Part shown: positions 51,902 through 64,000 of the stretch, one piece after another
Numbering within the stretch: the stretch's first letter is position 1
How the letters are laid out: the number at the start of each line of letters is the position of its first letter
Source: Lama glama
Lineage: Eukaryota
Length of the DNA: 64,000 nucleotides
Assembly (NCBI GenBank): GCA_028534125.1
Contig: CM052817.1
Span: 15,812,001 to 15,876,000 of the forward strand
Direction of reading: 5' to 3'
Notes under the pieces: model-generated
What the model saw: only the letters and a program-made list of their open reading frames with translations
Database searches by the model: none
What the model was told of the DNA's origin: nothing
Program-made: the position numbers and the translations under genes

Positions 51902-53319
51902 GGAGTCACTGCTCAATGAACTCCACAATAGGGCACAAATCTGAAACCCAATCTTAGCCAGATATGGACATAAGAGCAAATATATACAGTATCATGTGCT
52001 TTCCAACAGCCCTGTGTCTCGAGGGAGCTCTCTGACATCAGCGGGTGAGACAGGTGGTTCCCCTTCCAACTGTGGAAAATAAAACCCCACTGCAGCAGCA
52101 CTAAGTAAATATAGCTGTACTGTAATTTTTCCTTGGTGCACGCTCCCTGTGATTTCTGTCGTGTGATGATACTTTATCCAAGGAACTCATGCAGGGCATC
52201 CTTCCATGCTGATAACTGATTAAACATTTGCAAACTGGCTGAAACCGGCATTCAAGACATGGGTCGAGGACTCTGTTCTGCTGCTCCTGTTAGTAGAACC
52301 AGTTTTCCTCCTCTTGTTGTCAAGTGTCTGCCCTAACCTCTGCTGGGATATGTCACCCTTTGTCCCGGGGACTAATACAACTCAACAAAATGACAGACCA
52401 GAGTCAGACCACCTGAAAATCACATGCACAGAGCAGGTCAATACCAGTCACATCCAGTTCGAGTCTGAGAACTAAAATCAGCTGAGATGTATTAAGCCCT
52501 TTGTGGCCACAACTATTCGCTTTTGCATTTAAGAACTGTTAGCAGAAGAGCACCCTGTAACTTGGGTATAAAATTACTTAATTCAACTTCTACTTCCCTT
52601 TCTGAACATAGATACTTTTACACTCTGACAGCCGCTGGCTCTCGGAGCGTTCTCCTTTTTGTTGTATCTCCTTAGAAACACAAATCTTGTTCCCTGGCAG
52701 CGGCGGCTCTGAGTGCTGTACCACAAGCCCAAACGAGCTTCCCCTCGCAGCTTTAATTCACAGTAAGTGGCATGAAAGGAGGTCAACCCTTCTCAAAAAA
52801 CACTCCCAGTTCTTCTCCACTTCGGAATCTATTTTGGAAGCCACACTCCCTGGGATGTAAAGACCAGCCTCCCAGTTCGAAATTCAGGCTGTAACTCCTG
52901 ACAACTTTAGGGAATGGGCCTCCAAGGGGCCAGAGCAGGGTGATGATCGCAGTTTCAACTCCCGATCATAATTCTCTCAGGAAACTCCACGAGATGAGAA
53001 AGTCAGTGACTGCCACCCCCTCCTTGCCCCCAAATAACCCTCTCATTTGAAAACTACTTACGGTATGCATACATGTCATAGCTTTTCTCTCCTGAGGTGT
53101 TTATTGAATGCTTAACCCAATAATACCGTCCTAATCCCGGAAGTTTCCATGGTAACCTACCGCGGTAATAAACAAGTCTGGAGAAAGGGAAAGAGCCTGG
53201 TACTCCTGGTCCCCCCTCCCCTTCAACTTTCAAAGAACAGGGTTTTCTCTACTTCCCTAATGTTCAGAGTTCAGAGTTTTATGAGCTAGAATAAAAATAA
53301 TAGCAATGACAAAATGAGA

Positions 53320-53545
53320 TCCAACATGCAGTGAATATTTGCTACCTGCCAAGCGCCATGCTGAGTACTTGGGTGGATGATCCCACTTGCTTCTTGCACT
53401 AATGCTGGGACCAAGTACTATCATTATGGCCATTCTAGGAATGTTTGCTGAATCTTAGGGAGGTTAAGGAACTTTTCTAAAGACTAAAAGCTTAGGTATG
53501 TGGGAGACCCAGGACCTGAAGTCAGTGTTGTCTGATTCCAGACAT
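53320..53545 (-). mobile_element. MIR SINE
   Basis: TGCTACCTGCCAAGCGCCATGCTGAG..TACTATCATTATGGCCATT..GAGGTTAAGGAACTT..GTCTGATTCCAGA. Confidence 0.6.
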
Positions 53546-54235
53546 TTTGCCGACTGTGTGGAAAAATGGCATTTTGGCTTGTGCCTCCAAGTCCCATAAC
53601 TGAGACACCTAGGAGTCTCTCCATGAGTCAGAAGGGAACCACAGCTTCACATTCAGAAGGAAAGTAAAAACACCACACACATCTAGCTACAACTGTCAGG
53701 GATATTTAAGAAAAGGCAGAACTCACACAGGAACTCAGCCAACATGTGGCACCCTGCTCCGGTCAAAAGAAGTCATACCACGAGTCTCTTTGAATGTGAT
53801 CTCATCAATCATTTAAAAGAAGGCCCTTTCTCTGGGGGTCAACCTTTAAAGCCAACTTGGGGCGTCTGACTCAGATCACTGAGAACACCCCCAGAGAAAA
53901 AGAAGCCCTTATTATAATGCCACTCTTCTCCCTAAATGAAATTATGACTCCTTTTGCAGATGACAGTTGCAAATAAAGGCCTGATTAGAACATGTTTTGA
54001 TACCACACGGCAAATGATATTACAATACTCTTCCGTGTTCCAATTCTGCTTCCAGGCAAGTCTACACTACGAAGCACAAACAATGTGTGTATCTCACTCC
54101 AGAACAGAACTCAGCAGGCAGACCTTACGCTTGACTCTTAATATCAATAACTGAACAAACTTACAATATATATTTTATAGCCTTTGCTTGGAAATGTGGT
54201 CAAATATGAAAAGGGGGCCATTTAAAACTCATTGT

Positions 54236-54400
54236 AGGGGGAGCTCAAGCAGTAAAGCACATGCTTAGCAAGCACAAGATCCCGGGTTCAATCCTCAGTA
54301 CCTCCTCTAAAATAAATGAATAAATAAATCTAATTACCTACCTCCCCCTCCCCGCAAAATGAAATAAAATTAATTAATTTAAAAACCATATTATAAAAAA
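54236..54400 (+). mobile_element. tRNA-derived SINE, camelid Vic-1-like
   Basis: A-box-like AGCTCAAGCAG, B-box GGTTCAATCC, AATAAA-rich/C-rich 3' part, A tail. 12-bp TSD AAAACTCATTGT at 54224-54235 and 54401-54412, at a TT|AAAA site. Confidence 0.85.
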
Positions 54401-57400
54401 AAAACTCATTGTGGTACAAGTCTTCAGAAAAGGAGGCTAAAATATGTGGTTTTCTAATCTCTGATTTATGAAATAAAGAAAGCAAACTCCATTGAATGTA
54501 TTTCCTCCCCAAGAAATGTAGGCTTGGAGAACTCTGTGGCTCTGGACTTGAAACAGTTATAACTGAGATCTGAAGTACCTGGGTCACCTGGCGGACTACA
54601 GGGCCATCACTCAGTGGGGCAGGTTCCAAAGTCAATGGCCGAGGATTCAAAGCCAGAATAGGCTGTGTCCTCTGATACCCTCACACCTCCTGGAGCCTAG
54701 AAGAACAAAGGCAAACTGGATGGCCTATGGCCATGTGGGGAGACAGGCACGTGTTATTAATTCTGAATTCCTCGTGGCCACTATCACTACCACGCCTCAA
54801 AAAAAAAAAATCAAAACCCCACTGATTGTAACTGAAAAGAAATGAAAGTTGGATACTTTGGTTTTGTAATATTTTGAGATCTGCTCTGAAGGTAATGATT
54901 TAAAAAAGAGAAATTGACTTTCTAAAAGAGCATGAAGCCAAGTTCACATTCATGGTCCCTTTCTAGGTATGCAAATTATGCTGCTAGGAACAAACACTTC
55001 GAAGCAGAATCTAGTTCAGATGGACACGGAATACACTGGTCATGAAGGCTGTGCCCTCAGCAAGGAGAACCAGATGCAAACATGAGGACAAAGCCACTTC
55101 AGTGCACTCCATCTCAGTCCCACCAGCTGAACTGCTTACTTTCTGTGTCTCCATTTTTCTAGATGTTTCTAAAAAACATAATATCCACCTCGCAGGCTTG
55201 TTGTGGGGATTCCACAGGATAAGCTGAAGGGATGAAGGTAAGGGGTGTGCAGAATTAATGCTTCACCTGCAGTGGGAGCTACACAAATGCTCGCTCCCTT
55301 CCTTTTTCAAGTTTCTCAGATCCAACTATTTCTCTGTCCCTCCCAGTCTTCTCTCTCCTTTTCTAAGGTGTTTTTAAATGAAACATATGCAATAAAGTTT
55401 CTGTGACGTTTACCCCGTGGAGTAGACATGGAGATTTATGAATACATACATGCACATGAGGAGAGGGCTCACACTTCCCTCTCCGGGGCTGCCCTGCCCA
55501 CTTACAGAGGGGAGAGAAGAAGTGACAGCTCTGCTTGGAGCATAAAGTGAGTCCTAGCTCAGTGTGTAAGAGAGGCATTTTTAAAGATCAGAGACTAGTG
55601 TGAAAGAAAAACCTGGAAAACTTCTAAGTGGAAAAAAAATACTGATATTTGGGTTTATTGCCCATGCTTTAGTCACTGCAAGTTGGGCAAATGTATGAGG
55701 AAAGAGATAGTATAAACTGCCAGCAAATGTCACTTGCTTCAAAAGAATGAGTAACAGACAATGTCTACATTTTCCAAATGTAAGCATCTCTTAAGGTATT
55801 TACAGGCAAAATTATTAAGGACTAAATACAAAAAAAATCAAAATTTGGGAAATGCAGAAATAGGTGAAATGCAGTAATATCCCACTCAGGAAAAAACAAA
55901 AAACAAAAACAAACAAATAAATAAACAAGGAAAACCTGAAAGTTGGTTTACTCATATGCGCCAAAGCTCTCTTTGAATCGCTGCATCATAAAACTGCTGT
56001 AGAAACACCCAGATTTCAAAATAAGTAAAAGAAATTGAACTGGTGACCGAGGAGAGAAAAAGATGTATTCTCAGAATCCATTTCTTGTTTTTCTACATAT
56101 TATGAAGAGCCACCACCACTTGAAAGGGGAACAGAGAAGAGGAAAGAAAACACCTCACTGCTTGGAAAATTATCCACGAAGAATCCGTCTCTGCAATTCA
56201 TGTCTACAGTCGTTATTTATAGCCTCAGACGGTAACTCGAGACTTGTCAAAGGGTGTGAAGTGGACTTCCTTCTCCTCTGGATGGACTCTGCCTACTAAA
56301 TGCTGTTCATGATCTTCCCACTTTGTAAAGGTAGATAAAGTCGCCCCCAAAAATTACAGTCGACAATGAAAGTCCTTGCTAAAAGACTTGGGTCAAAGAA
56401 CCACTGCAGAACTACACATCACCAATCTCTCCACACTTAGCCATCTGGCTGGGAAAATACGTATCTGCCAATGTGTAGATAAAATGGAAAACAGCCAACT
56501 GGTGCGAGCTGAGAAATCAATAAGAATCCACTATGCTCCAAAAGACGGTCTAGCAACATGCCAGGTGTTTAACTTCTGTAAGGCTGTGTAACTTTCTGCC
56601 CAGAAAGTGCTTACAGTCTAAGAGTGAATAGGTCGGACTCACCGCCGATCAACACACCCACACGTGGACAGAACGACGCAGGTGTGTTGAAGCAGAAGAG
56701 ATGGGGCTCAGTCAAGGGCCTGAAAATAGATCTCATTTACCTTATAAACAGCCTAGAATAAGAATGCCAGCCAGACCCTGTGAAGACGTTAGCGGCCCTG
56801 CTCCACATGTCATTCAAACGAAAAGCCAGACTGACTCATTATTAAATTATGTGTGTAAGAAGCCCAGAAGAGTTCAGTCCTTCATCACAGTGGCTGTTTC
56901 CAATGATCGCTTTAAACAAATGTAACAGTCTTTCAAAGGAAAAACTCTGGTGCCCCTGCATGGGTGCCCTGCTTTGCTGAGTGCCCTCCCCACTAGTTTA
57001 GGGTAGTGTTGGGTAATTCCGTGTGGATGCCAACATGCAAATAAAGGAAAACAGAGACGTCGTTTGCCAGGACATCGTCCATCCATTCATGGGCCCTCTG
57101 GTCGAAGTTCTGGGATCCAGAAGAAATCATTGTAAGAGACATACGTGGCTGGAAAAGAGCATGTGGATTCCTCTAGCTTTGGGGGAAGCCTGCTGGGACC
57201 CCAGAAGGATAAGGGACAGAAAGAGGACTTGAAGAAGAGACAGCATTTCCTTTAAAATGACGCCTACTTGAAGGCAGAACGAGGCTCTGAAACTTCCTGA
57301 CTCTTTGAAATGAATGAAGATTCTAATCTCCCTGGGCCTCTATGAAATCGGGACGACACCACTGTCCTGGTGGAGAATATCAGGATCAGGTTCCCAGCTT

Positions 57401-57744
57401 GGCACCTGCAGGTATTTGGTTAAATGTTAGTTTTCCTCAATACTAAGGGGACTAGAAAATAAAAAGTCCTGGTGATAAATGATGAATCATACAAGGCCCA
57501 GTGTTAGCTGCGAAGGGAAATACAAAGAAACATGAAAAAGTAGTGCGAGCCAAGATCTGGCCCTCGACCAGGCTGCGGGATGCAGCTGCTTATGTGGTAT
57601 CACTGAAAATCAGTCTTTAACCCACAGAATTCCAGGGCGTCACTGGAAGACCAGAGAGAAAACATCAATAGTAGTTCAAAATGGAAATAGGCGGTTTTTA
57701 AAAAACACAGCCCAATGTATGATATCCATCATGCATCCACGACT

Positions 57745-57925
57745 CTTCTAAGTGTTTATACATATTATCCTACAGAACGGGAACTATTATTATCTTTGTT
57801 TTCAGATGGAGAAGGAAACACATAGAGTAATTCATGTCCCTGAGGCTACACATCTCATAAGTGGCAAGGTTTGAACTTGAACCTGGGCAGCCTGGTTCCA
57901 GAGTGCGTGCCCTTATAACCTTTGC
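57745..57925 (-). mobile_element. MIR SINE
   Basis: ACTATTATTATCTTTGTTTTCAGATGGAGAAGGAAAC..TTGAACCTGGGCAGCCTGGTTCCAGAG. Confidence 0.7.
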
Positions 57926-59206
57926 CCTAAACTGTCTCCCTCTGTTGCCTGACAAAGTGTTTAATCTTTTCTAACTAAATCTGTGTGATGTGTGATGCTG
58001 CACAGTCAAATCGGATCAGGCTCCTGGCCCGGCAGAGCCCACAGTGTAACAGGGATAACAGAACCTGTGAGTCTGGAGCAGCTGTACAAGAGGAATCTGC
58101 TGGACAAAGAGCAGAGAAATCCAGGCTGCCTGGAAGAGCACAGGGAAGGAGAACAGGCGTCGGCAGAACAGTGCCCTTCTCCCCTCGTCCCTCCTTTGAA
58201 ACCATCCTCTGTGTGCCCAGCGCAGTGTGGGGCTCACCCCATGGAAATAATTGCCTTTGCCACCTTTTAATTACCAAGATACTTCTTGATAATAGTATTT
58301 TCTACCAATTTAACGCACAAATAGGAATAAAATACAATCTCTCCTTTCTCAAGGAGTTGACAATTTTGTGGGGACAGACATATGAACTTAAATAATTCTA
58401 CTATGAGCTTACGTGATTTGGGGTGATGACCTGAGATGCTGAGGTGACAGACGTGATATGCAATTAGAGTCCTGATCTAATGACACCAACAAGTTCTGAT
58501 AGTTACCTGACGCGCTTCTTAATGGGCCATCGGTCTGACAGTATCTGTCGTTCACTATTGATAAACTGGGGTAAATGACCATGAATTAACCAAGAAACAC
58601 ATGTTAAACTATAATTAGTTGATGACTTTCCAATTCGACAACAGATTGACAGTGCCAACCAATGGACTCGAGAAACTATGATATATGAATATGAATTATC
58701 TCATCAGGAAATATAAACTAAAATGCACATCAGGAGGTTCTGGAAAGCACCCATTCTTAAACAAATGCCATTCTCAAGGCTGTTCAGGATCTGAATGTCC
58801 CCAAATATTAACAATCACAAACTGATTCATCACAGAACGGAAAGACCAAACCACAAAGAAACCATCAGGATTATTTTAAAGAGATATACAGCATGCGAAA
58901 CTACCTTTTTAAGTAAAAAATATCTTAGGAAAGGTTTAAAAAAATAGAGAGAGAATTCCAGGTGAAGAGATGGCATTTTCAAAAGCAGGTTCTCAGTTGC
59001 TAGGCCAGGCTGAGCTGAGCGGCAACATGGCACAGACAGAGCCTCGCGCCCTTGACTCTGATGGTGAGCTTGGCTCAGAGCCACATGACCTGGGGAAAGG
59101 TAGAAGGCTCTCTGTGCCTTATTACCCTACCTGTAAAATAGGGCTCGCTGTGTCTACCACTTAGGGTCTCAGGAGGACTCTATAAGGATCATAAAAGATA
59201 ATAACC

Positions 59207-59545
59207 TGATTATTTATGTGTCAGTTCGGCTAGGCTATGGTGCCCAGTTGTTCAAACACTGATCTAGGTGTTGCCGTGAAGGTCTTTTGTAGGTGTAACT
59301 GACATCTACAATCAGTTGACCTTAAGTTAAGCAGGTGACCTTCCATAATGTGAGTGGACCTCATCCAATCAATTTAAAGCTGTAAGACCAAAAACTGAGG
59401 TTGCCCTAAGAAGAGGGAATTGTGCATCAAGGCTGTAACCTAGAAATCCTGCCTGAGTTTCCAGCCTGCTAGCCTGTCCAACAGATTGACAGATTTTAGG
59501 CTTGCCAGCCTTCCCAATCATGTGAAGCAATTTTTTCAAATTTCT
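59207..59545 (+). mobile_element. MLT2-type (ERVL) solo LTR
   Basis: TTTATGTGTCAGTTCGGCTAGGCTATGGTGCCCAGTTG...GTGGACCTCATCCAATCA...GCCTGAGTTTCCAGCCTGC, ending in (CT)n. Confidence 0.8.
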
Positions 59546-60320
59546 CTCTCTCTCTCTCTCTCTCCCCACCCCCTTTCCCCTCTCCCCTTCCCTTCCCCCA
59601 TCTCCCTCTTTCTCTCTCTCCCCGCCATGTAATAAATAACCATATAGAACGCAGGCCCTTCATCAGCAGTAGATCAACTAGTGAAATGTCTAAAAGCCCA
59701 GGAATATAATTTTAATGTAATTTCAAAAGTAAATTAGGATTCTCAGAAGAGAGGAAATGCAAAAAAAAAAAAAAAAGAAAGAAAGAAAGAAAGAAAAAGA
59801 AATTTAATATTTAAAGCTATTTAGGACATAATCTCCATGAAAACAAAGACATTGCCTTGTTCACAGTTATGTCCATAGGTCTAAAATGGTAACTGAACAA
59901 GTTAATAAACTTGTGGAAAATGAATGGATGCTAGAATTCTATAGTGCCTTAGAGCAGATAGGAAATTTTTTCCTATTACTTGGTATCAACCCAAACCATC
60001 TGACTTCTGAGCTAACGGAACATCATGGAGGAGGCACGTATTGATTCATCTCTCTTTACATCCATCCATTCACAGAACATGGCACTGAGAACCTGGCACT
60101 TCCTATGGGCTGTGCTAGCCTTCAGACTATGAAGATGAAGAAGGCAAGTCTTCCCTTTGGAGCCCCACAGGCTGCTGAGTGAGCAGATGAGTAACCAAGT
60201 ATAATTGCATTAATAGGTTATGTTGGAAAAGTAAAGCAATGCAGGAGGTGCTGGGCAAGCTCAGAGAGTGGACACCTAACTTCTTCTGGAAGGGATTCGT
60301 TCATTCATCCACCCATTTCT

Positions 60321-61131
60321 CTTTTTTTACTGATATATAGTTGATTTACAATGTGTTAGTTTCTGGTGAATAGCATTGTAATTAAGTTATCCATATATAT
60401 TCTTTTTCATTATAGATTATTACAAGCTATTGAATATAGTTACCTGTGTTATACAGTAGGACCTTGTTGTTTATCTATTTTATATATAGTAGTTTGTATA
60501 TACTAATCCCAAACTCCTAATGTATCCCTCCCCCTCCTTCCCCTTTGGTAACCATAAGTTTTTCTATCTCTGAGTCCATTTCTGTTTCATAAATAAGTTC
60601 ATGTGTGTCATTTTTTTAGATTCTACATATAAGTGATATCATATAATATTTGTCTTTGTCTGACTTACTTAGTATGATAATCTCTAGGTCCATCCATGTT
60701 GCTGCAAATGGCACCATTTCATTCCTTTTTTATGGCTGAGTAGTATTCCACTGTGTGTGTGGAATACTTCTTTATACAATCAACTGTTGATGGACATTTA
60801 GGTTGCTTCTATGTACTGGCTATTGTAAATAGTGCTGCTATGAACTCTGGGGTGCATGTACCTTTTCAAATTAGAGTTTTCTCCAAATATATACCCAGAG
60901 TGGGACTGCTAGATCATTTGGTAATTCTATTTTTAGCTTTTTAAGAAATCTCAATGCCATTTTCCATAGTGGCTGAAGCAAATTACACTCCCACCAAATG
61001 TGTAAGAGAGTTCCCATTTCTTCACACCCTCTCCAGCATTTATTTTTTGTAGACATTTTAATGAGGGCCATTCTTAGCGGCATGAGATGGTACCTCATTG
61101 TAGTTTTGATTTGCATTTCTTTGATAATTAC
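60321..61131 (-). mobile_element. LINE-1 3' fragment (ORF2 C-terminus + 3'UTR)
   Basis: ORF 60871..61137 encodes [11 protein letters not shown]...[19 protein letters not shown], the L1 ORF2p C-terminal motif. T-rich tail at the left end. Confidence 0.92.
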
Positions 61132-62679
61132 ATGCATTCATTTCTTAAGTGAATCTTTAAGGTAAACTCTATGTCAAATACTCTTCTATGCCCTAGGAAT
61201 ACTCAAATAGCACAATAAATAATAGTTAAATTGTTAATAATAGTTAAATAGTAAATTGGAGTGCTTACTATGTTTCAGACATGTTCTAAGCCTTTTACTT
61301 TACTTACAGATTCTCTTCATATCACTAGGGAATCAGGCATGTGTTTTCCATACTCTTTCCTATAAGACAATTATATTGGCACAAATTCTCATGTTTACTC
61401 TTCAAAGAGTTGTTGACCACCAACTACTTAGAAGGCACACTGTTAGGCACCAACTTGATTAATACACAATCTCTGCCCTTAAATTAAGTGGAAGAAACTG
61501 ACATATACACAAATGACTACAATATTGGATATATGATGCCAACAGCCTTGCAAAGGCCTTGTCATAAGCATAAGGATGCCATCTCCAAAACTTCCCCCAA
61601 ACTGGAGAATATGATTATGAACATAACCAACAGAAATGCATTGAGAGTGTTTTGCCCTACTCCATGCAAGAAGAATAAACAGAGAAATATTGTTAACAAC
61701 ATGCATGATAGATAGACCTTCCAAACTATATTTAAGAACAAAGCCCTCTCCTTTCTGTGACTAAGGACGAGACCGTATGTTAACTGCAGGTTAACATGGC
61801 CCAGACCTAACACAGTGGCTTGGGATGTCAGTCAACACCAGTGTTTGCACTTACCTTCCAGACACTAACGCTAACATAAAATGCTATTTCTCGAGATCTC
61901 AAAGTTAAATGTTTGAACATCGTAACAGAAGGTGTTGATATGAATATCTTGCATTATTGATAAGTAGCTTGAATTTGTCATCAATTAGCATCAACTGTGT
62001 ATTGCAACAGTTTCTAAATGCCTTATAAATAACTGTAGTTTTAATTACACGGGGAAACTACAACATCCATCAACATTCATGACTCCTGCTAAGTATCGCC
62101 ATGGTCCCAGAAAGATTCACAGTCACTTAAAAGGTTACAGCAAGGAAAGAGTTAAAGTTTTTGTATCTTAAAAGAAAAAGACCAATTTCCAGGAAACAGA
62201 AGTCTAAACTTTCTTGGAAAGAGAGGGGGAGACAGAGATAGAGACGGAGCCAGAGAGAAAGAAAAAGAAAGAGAGAGAGAGAGAGTAGCGAGCACTGGGG
62301 AGACAGCAATACAAGAAAAGGAGGAGTCCCCAGCCAAATCAGAGATGAGATTATTCAACAGTCAATATGGGTAAAAAGAAGGGGAGATTCCTTTGAACAA
62401 AAGGAAAATGGGCTGTTTGATTTCTCTTGTACTTTTCATTGAACCCATTCATTTTTTCAAAAAATATTTAAAATGTATATCTTATCTATTTCCAAGTTAG
62501 ACACATACAAGACAATAAAAATGAAAACCAGATCAAATCAGGTTCAAAGGAGCAAGGAAATAATCACTAGGTATGTACTTGGAATGCACTGCGTTTTTTG
62601 TGGCTGAGTTCTGAGTTTCCTGGCTATTTGGACAAAAATCAAAATGTGCTGGGTTAAATAAATATTCAGTATTCAACAA

Positions 62680-62930
62680 AAGGAGACGGGACTTCCCTGA
62701 CCTCTCTAAAACAATGATCGCCCTACCCCTACTCCCAGTCATGACTATCTCTACTCCTTCTACTTTTTTCTTCAGTGTTTATCAATGTTCTAAATTTTGT
62801 ATCTTTTGCATATTTTCTGTCCCCTTCCACTAGAATGTAAGGTTCATGAGGACAAGAGTCTTGTTCTTCGTTCACTATTTTATCTTAGTTCCTAGAATAA
62901 TGCCTAGCACCTGGTAGATTATAGGTATAT
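62680..62930 (+). mobile_element. L2 LINE 3' end
   Basis: CCACTAGAATGTAAGGTTCATGAGGACAAGAG..GTTCACTA..CCTAGAATAATGCCTAGCAC. Confidence 0.8.
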
Positions 62931-63189
62931 ACATGTTGTCATGTAGTCAAGAGTGATTTTACTGTCAATACTGAATTCCAGAAGAAGTGTATCATGAGGT
63001 CCCCTAAATAAATTATACCCATAGACTATGAGGTCATGTTGGGGTGGGGAAATAGCAGGCTGACAATCCATGACAAGCATAAAGTAAGAGGCACATGCAA
63101 CTGTGTAGTGACAAGGGAAAGGAATTTGGAGCCAGAGGAACTACGTTTGGCTACCAAGGCCACCTCCTCCCACTCGGTGCCTTCTACCA

Positions 63190-63440
63190 GGCAGCATGGC
63201 ATCCTTGTGAAGCATGTGGACTCTAGAGTCAAGCAAACTAGTTTTAAATCCTGGCTCCAGAAACTTATAAGCTGTGTGACCTTTGGCAATTTACCCAACC
63301 TCTCTGTGCCTCAGTTTTTTCATCTGTAAAATACAGATAATAATAGGACTCACCTCAAAGGATTACTGTGATAATTAAATGAACTTATATGTGTAAATCA
63401 ATCAGAACATTGCCTAGCACATAGTAAAACAAAGTACTGG
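63190..63440 (+). mobile_element. MIR SINE, near full length
   Basis: GCTGTGTGACCTTTGGCAATTTACCCAACCTCTCTGTGCCTCAGTTTTTTCATCTGTAAAAT core. Confidence 0.88.
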
Positions 63441-63559
63441 TAATTAATTTGAACTTGTGCCCCTTATTTGTAAAGCATGGATAATAACTACCCTTGGAGT
63501 GGTCATAAGTGTCAAATGAACTTAATATATGTTAATGTGCTTAAGGTTTTGAGTGGACG

Positions 63560-64000
63560 ACTTAATTTTTATTTTCATGAGTGTAGCACATGTTCATCAT
63601 TAAGTTTTTCAGGAAAGATGGAAAGGAGACAGTAAAAGTCTTCTACATTCCACTAAACAGTAACAACCACTGTTAGCATTTTCTTGTATAAGTTTCCAGA
63701 TTGCTTTCAATGCCATATCTATATACAGATACAGATGTGTTTGTGAAAATATAATTTTTAAATAGCATTAGACACATACAATATACTGCTCTGAAACCTG
63801 CTTTTTAAAAACTTATTAGGGGTGTTATCTCACATCAGCAAATAGAGATCTGCATCATTCTCTATAATAGCTGCCTAGTATTCCACTGTATGAAAGTGCT
63901 TTGATTTATTTAGCCAATACTCCATTCACAGACAGTTACGGAGTTTCCAATTTGTGAAACTGTTTGGTAAACTACAAAGTAATATACAAATATTAGCGAT
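63560..64000 (-). mobile_element. Ancient L1ME-like fragment
   Basis: AACCACTGTTAGCATTTT..ATATACTGCTCTGAAACCTGCTTTTT..GCTGCCTAGTATTCCACTGTATG..TTTATTTAGCCAAT. Confidence 0.6.

Noticed and set aside
54236..54310. tRNA gene
   Set aside because: Degenerate cloverleaf with an A-rich tail and TSD, so it is a tRNA-derived SINE.
60753..61137. ORFs 60753..60944 and 60871..61137 as host genes
   Set aside because: Both derive from a truncated L1 fragment.

Overview
Mammalian genomic DNA, probably a camelid given a Vic-1-type tRNA-derived SINE and a non-primate exon 1. It contains the 5' end of PPARGC1A (PGC-1alpha) on the minus strand: the distal alternative promoter and exon 1b/1b' (~51.7-51.9 kb), the canonical promoter and exon 1a with its uORF (38.8-39.3 kb), exon 2 (33659-33838), and ~33.6 kb of intron 2 running off the left edge. 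Exon 3 is not in the window. The rest is non-coding, with old repeats (MIR, L2, L1M, MER5/MER20/MER33, MLT2), a younger L1 3' end, a SINE with a TSD and microsatellites. Nearly all listed ORFs look spurious. I see no evidence of a wholly new biological system. The most interesting signals are apparent lineage-specific rewiring of start codons in alternative exon 1b/1b', a candidate intron-2 internal first exon/promoter, and several regulatory modules.
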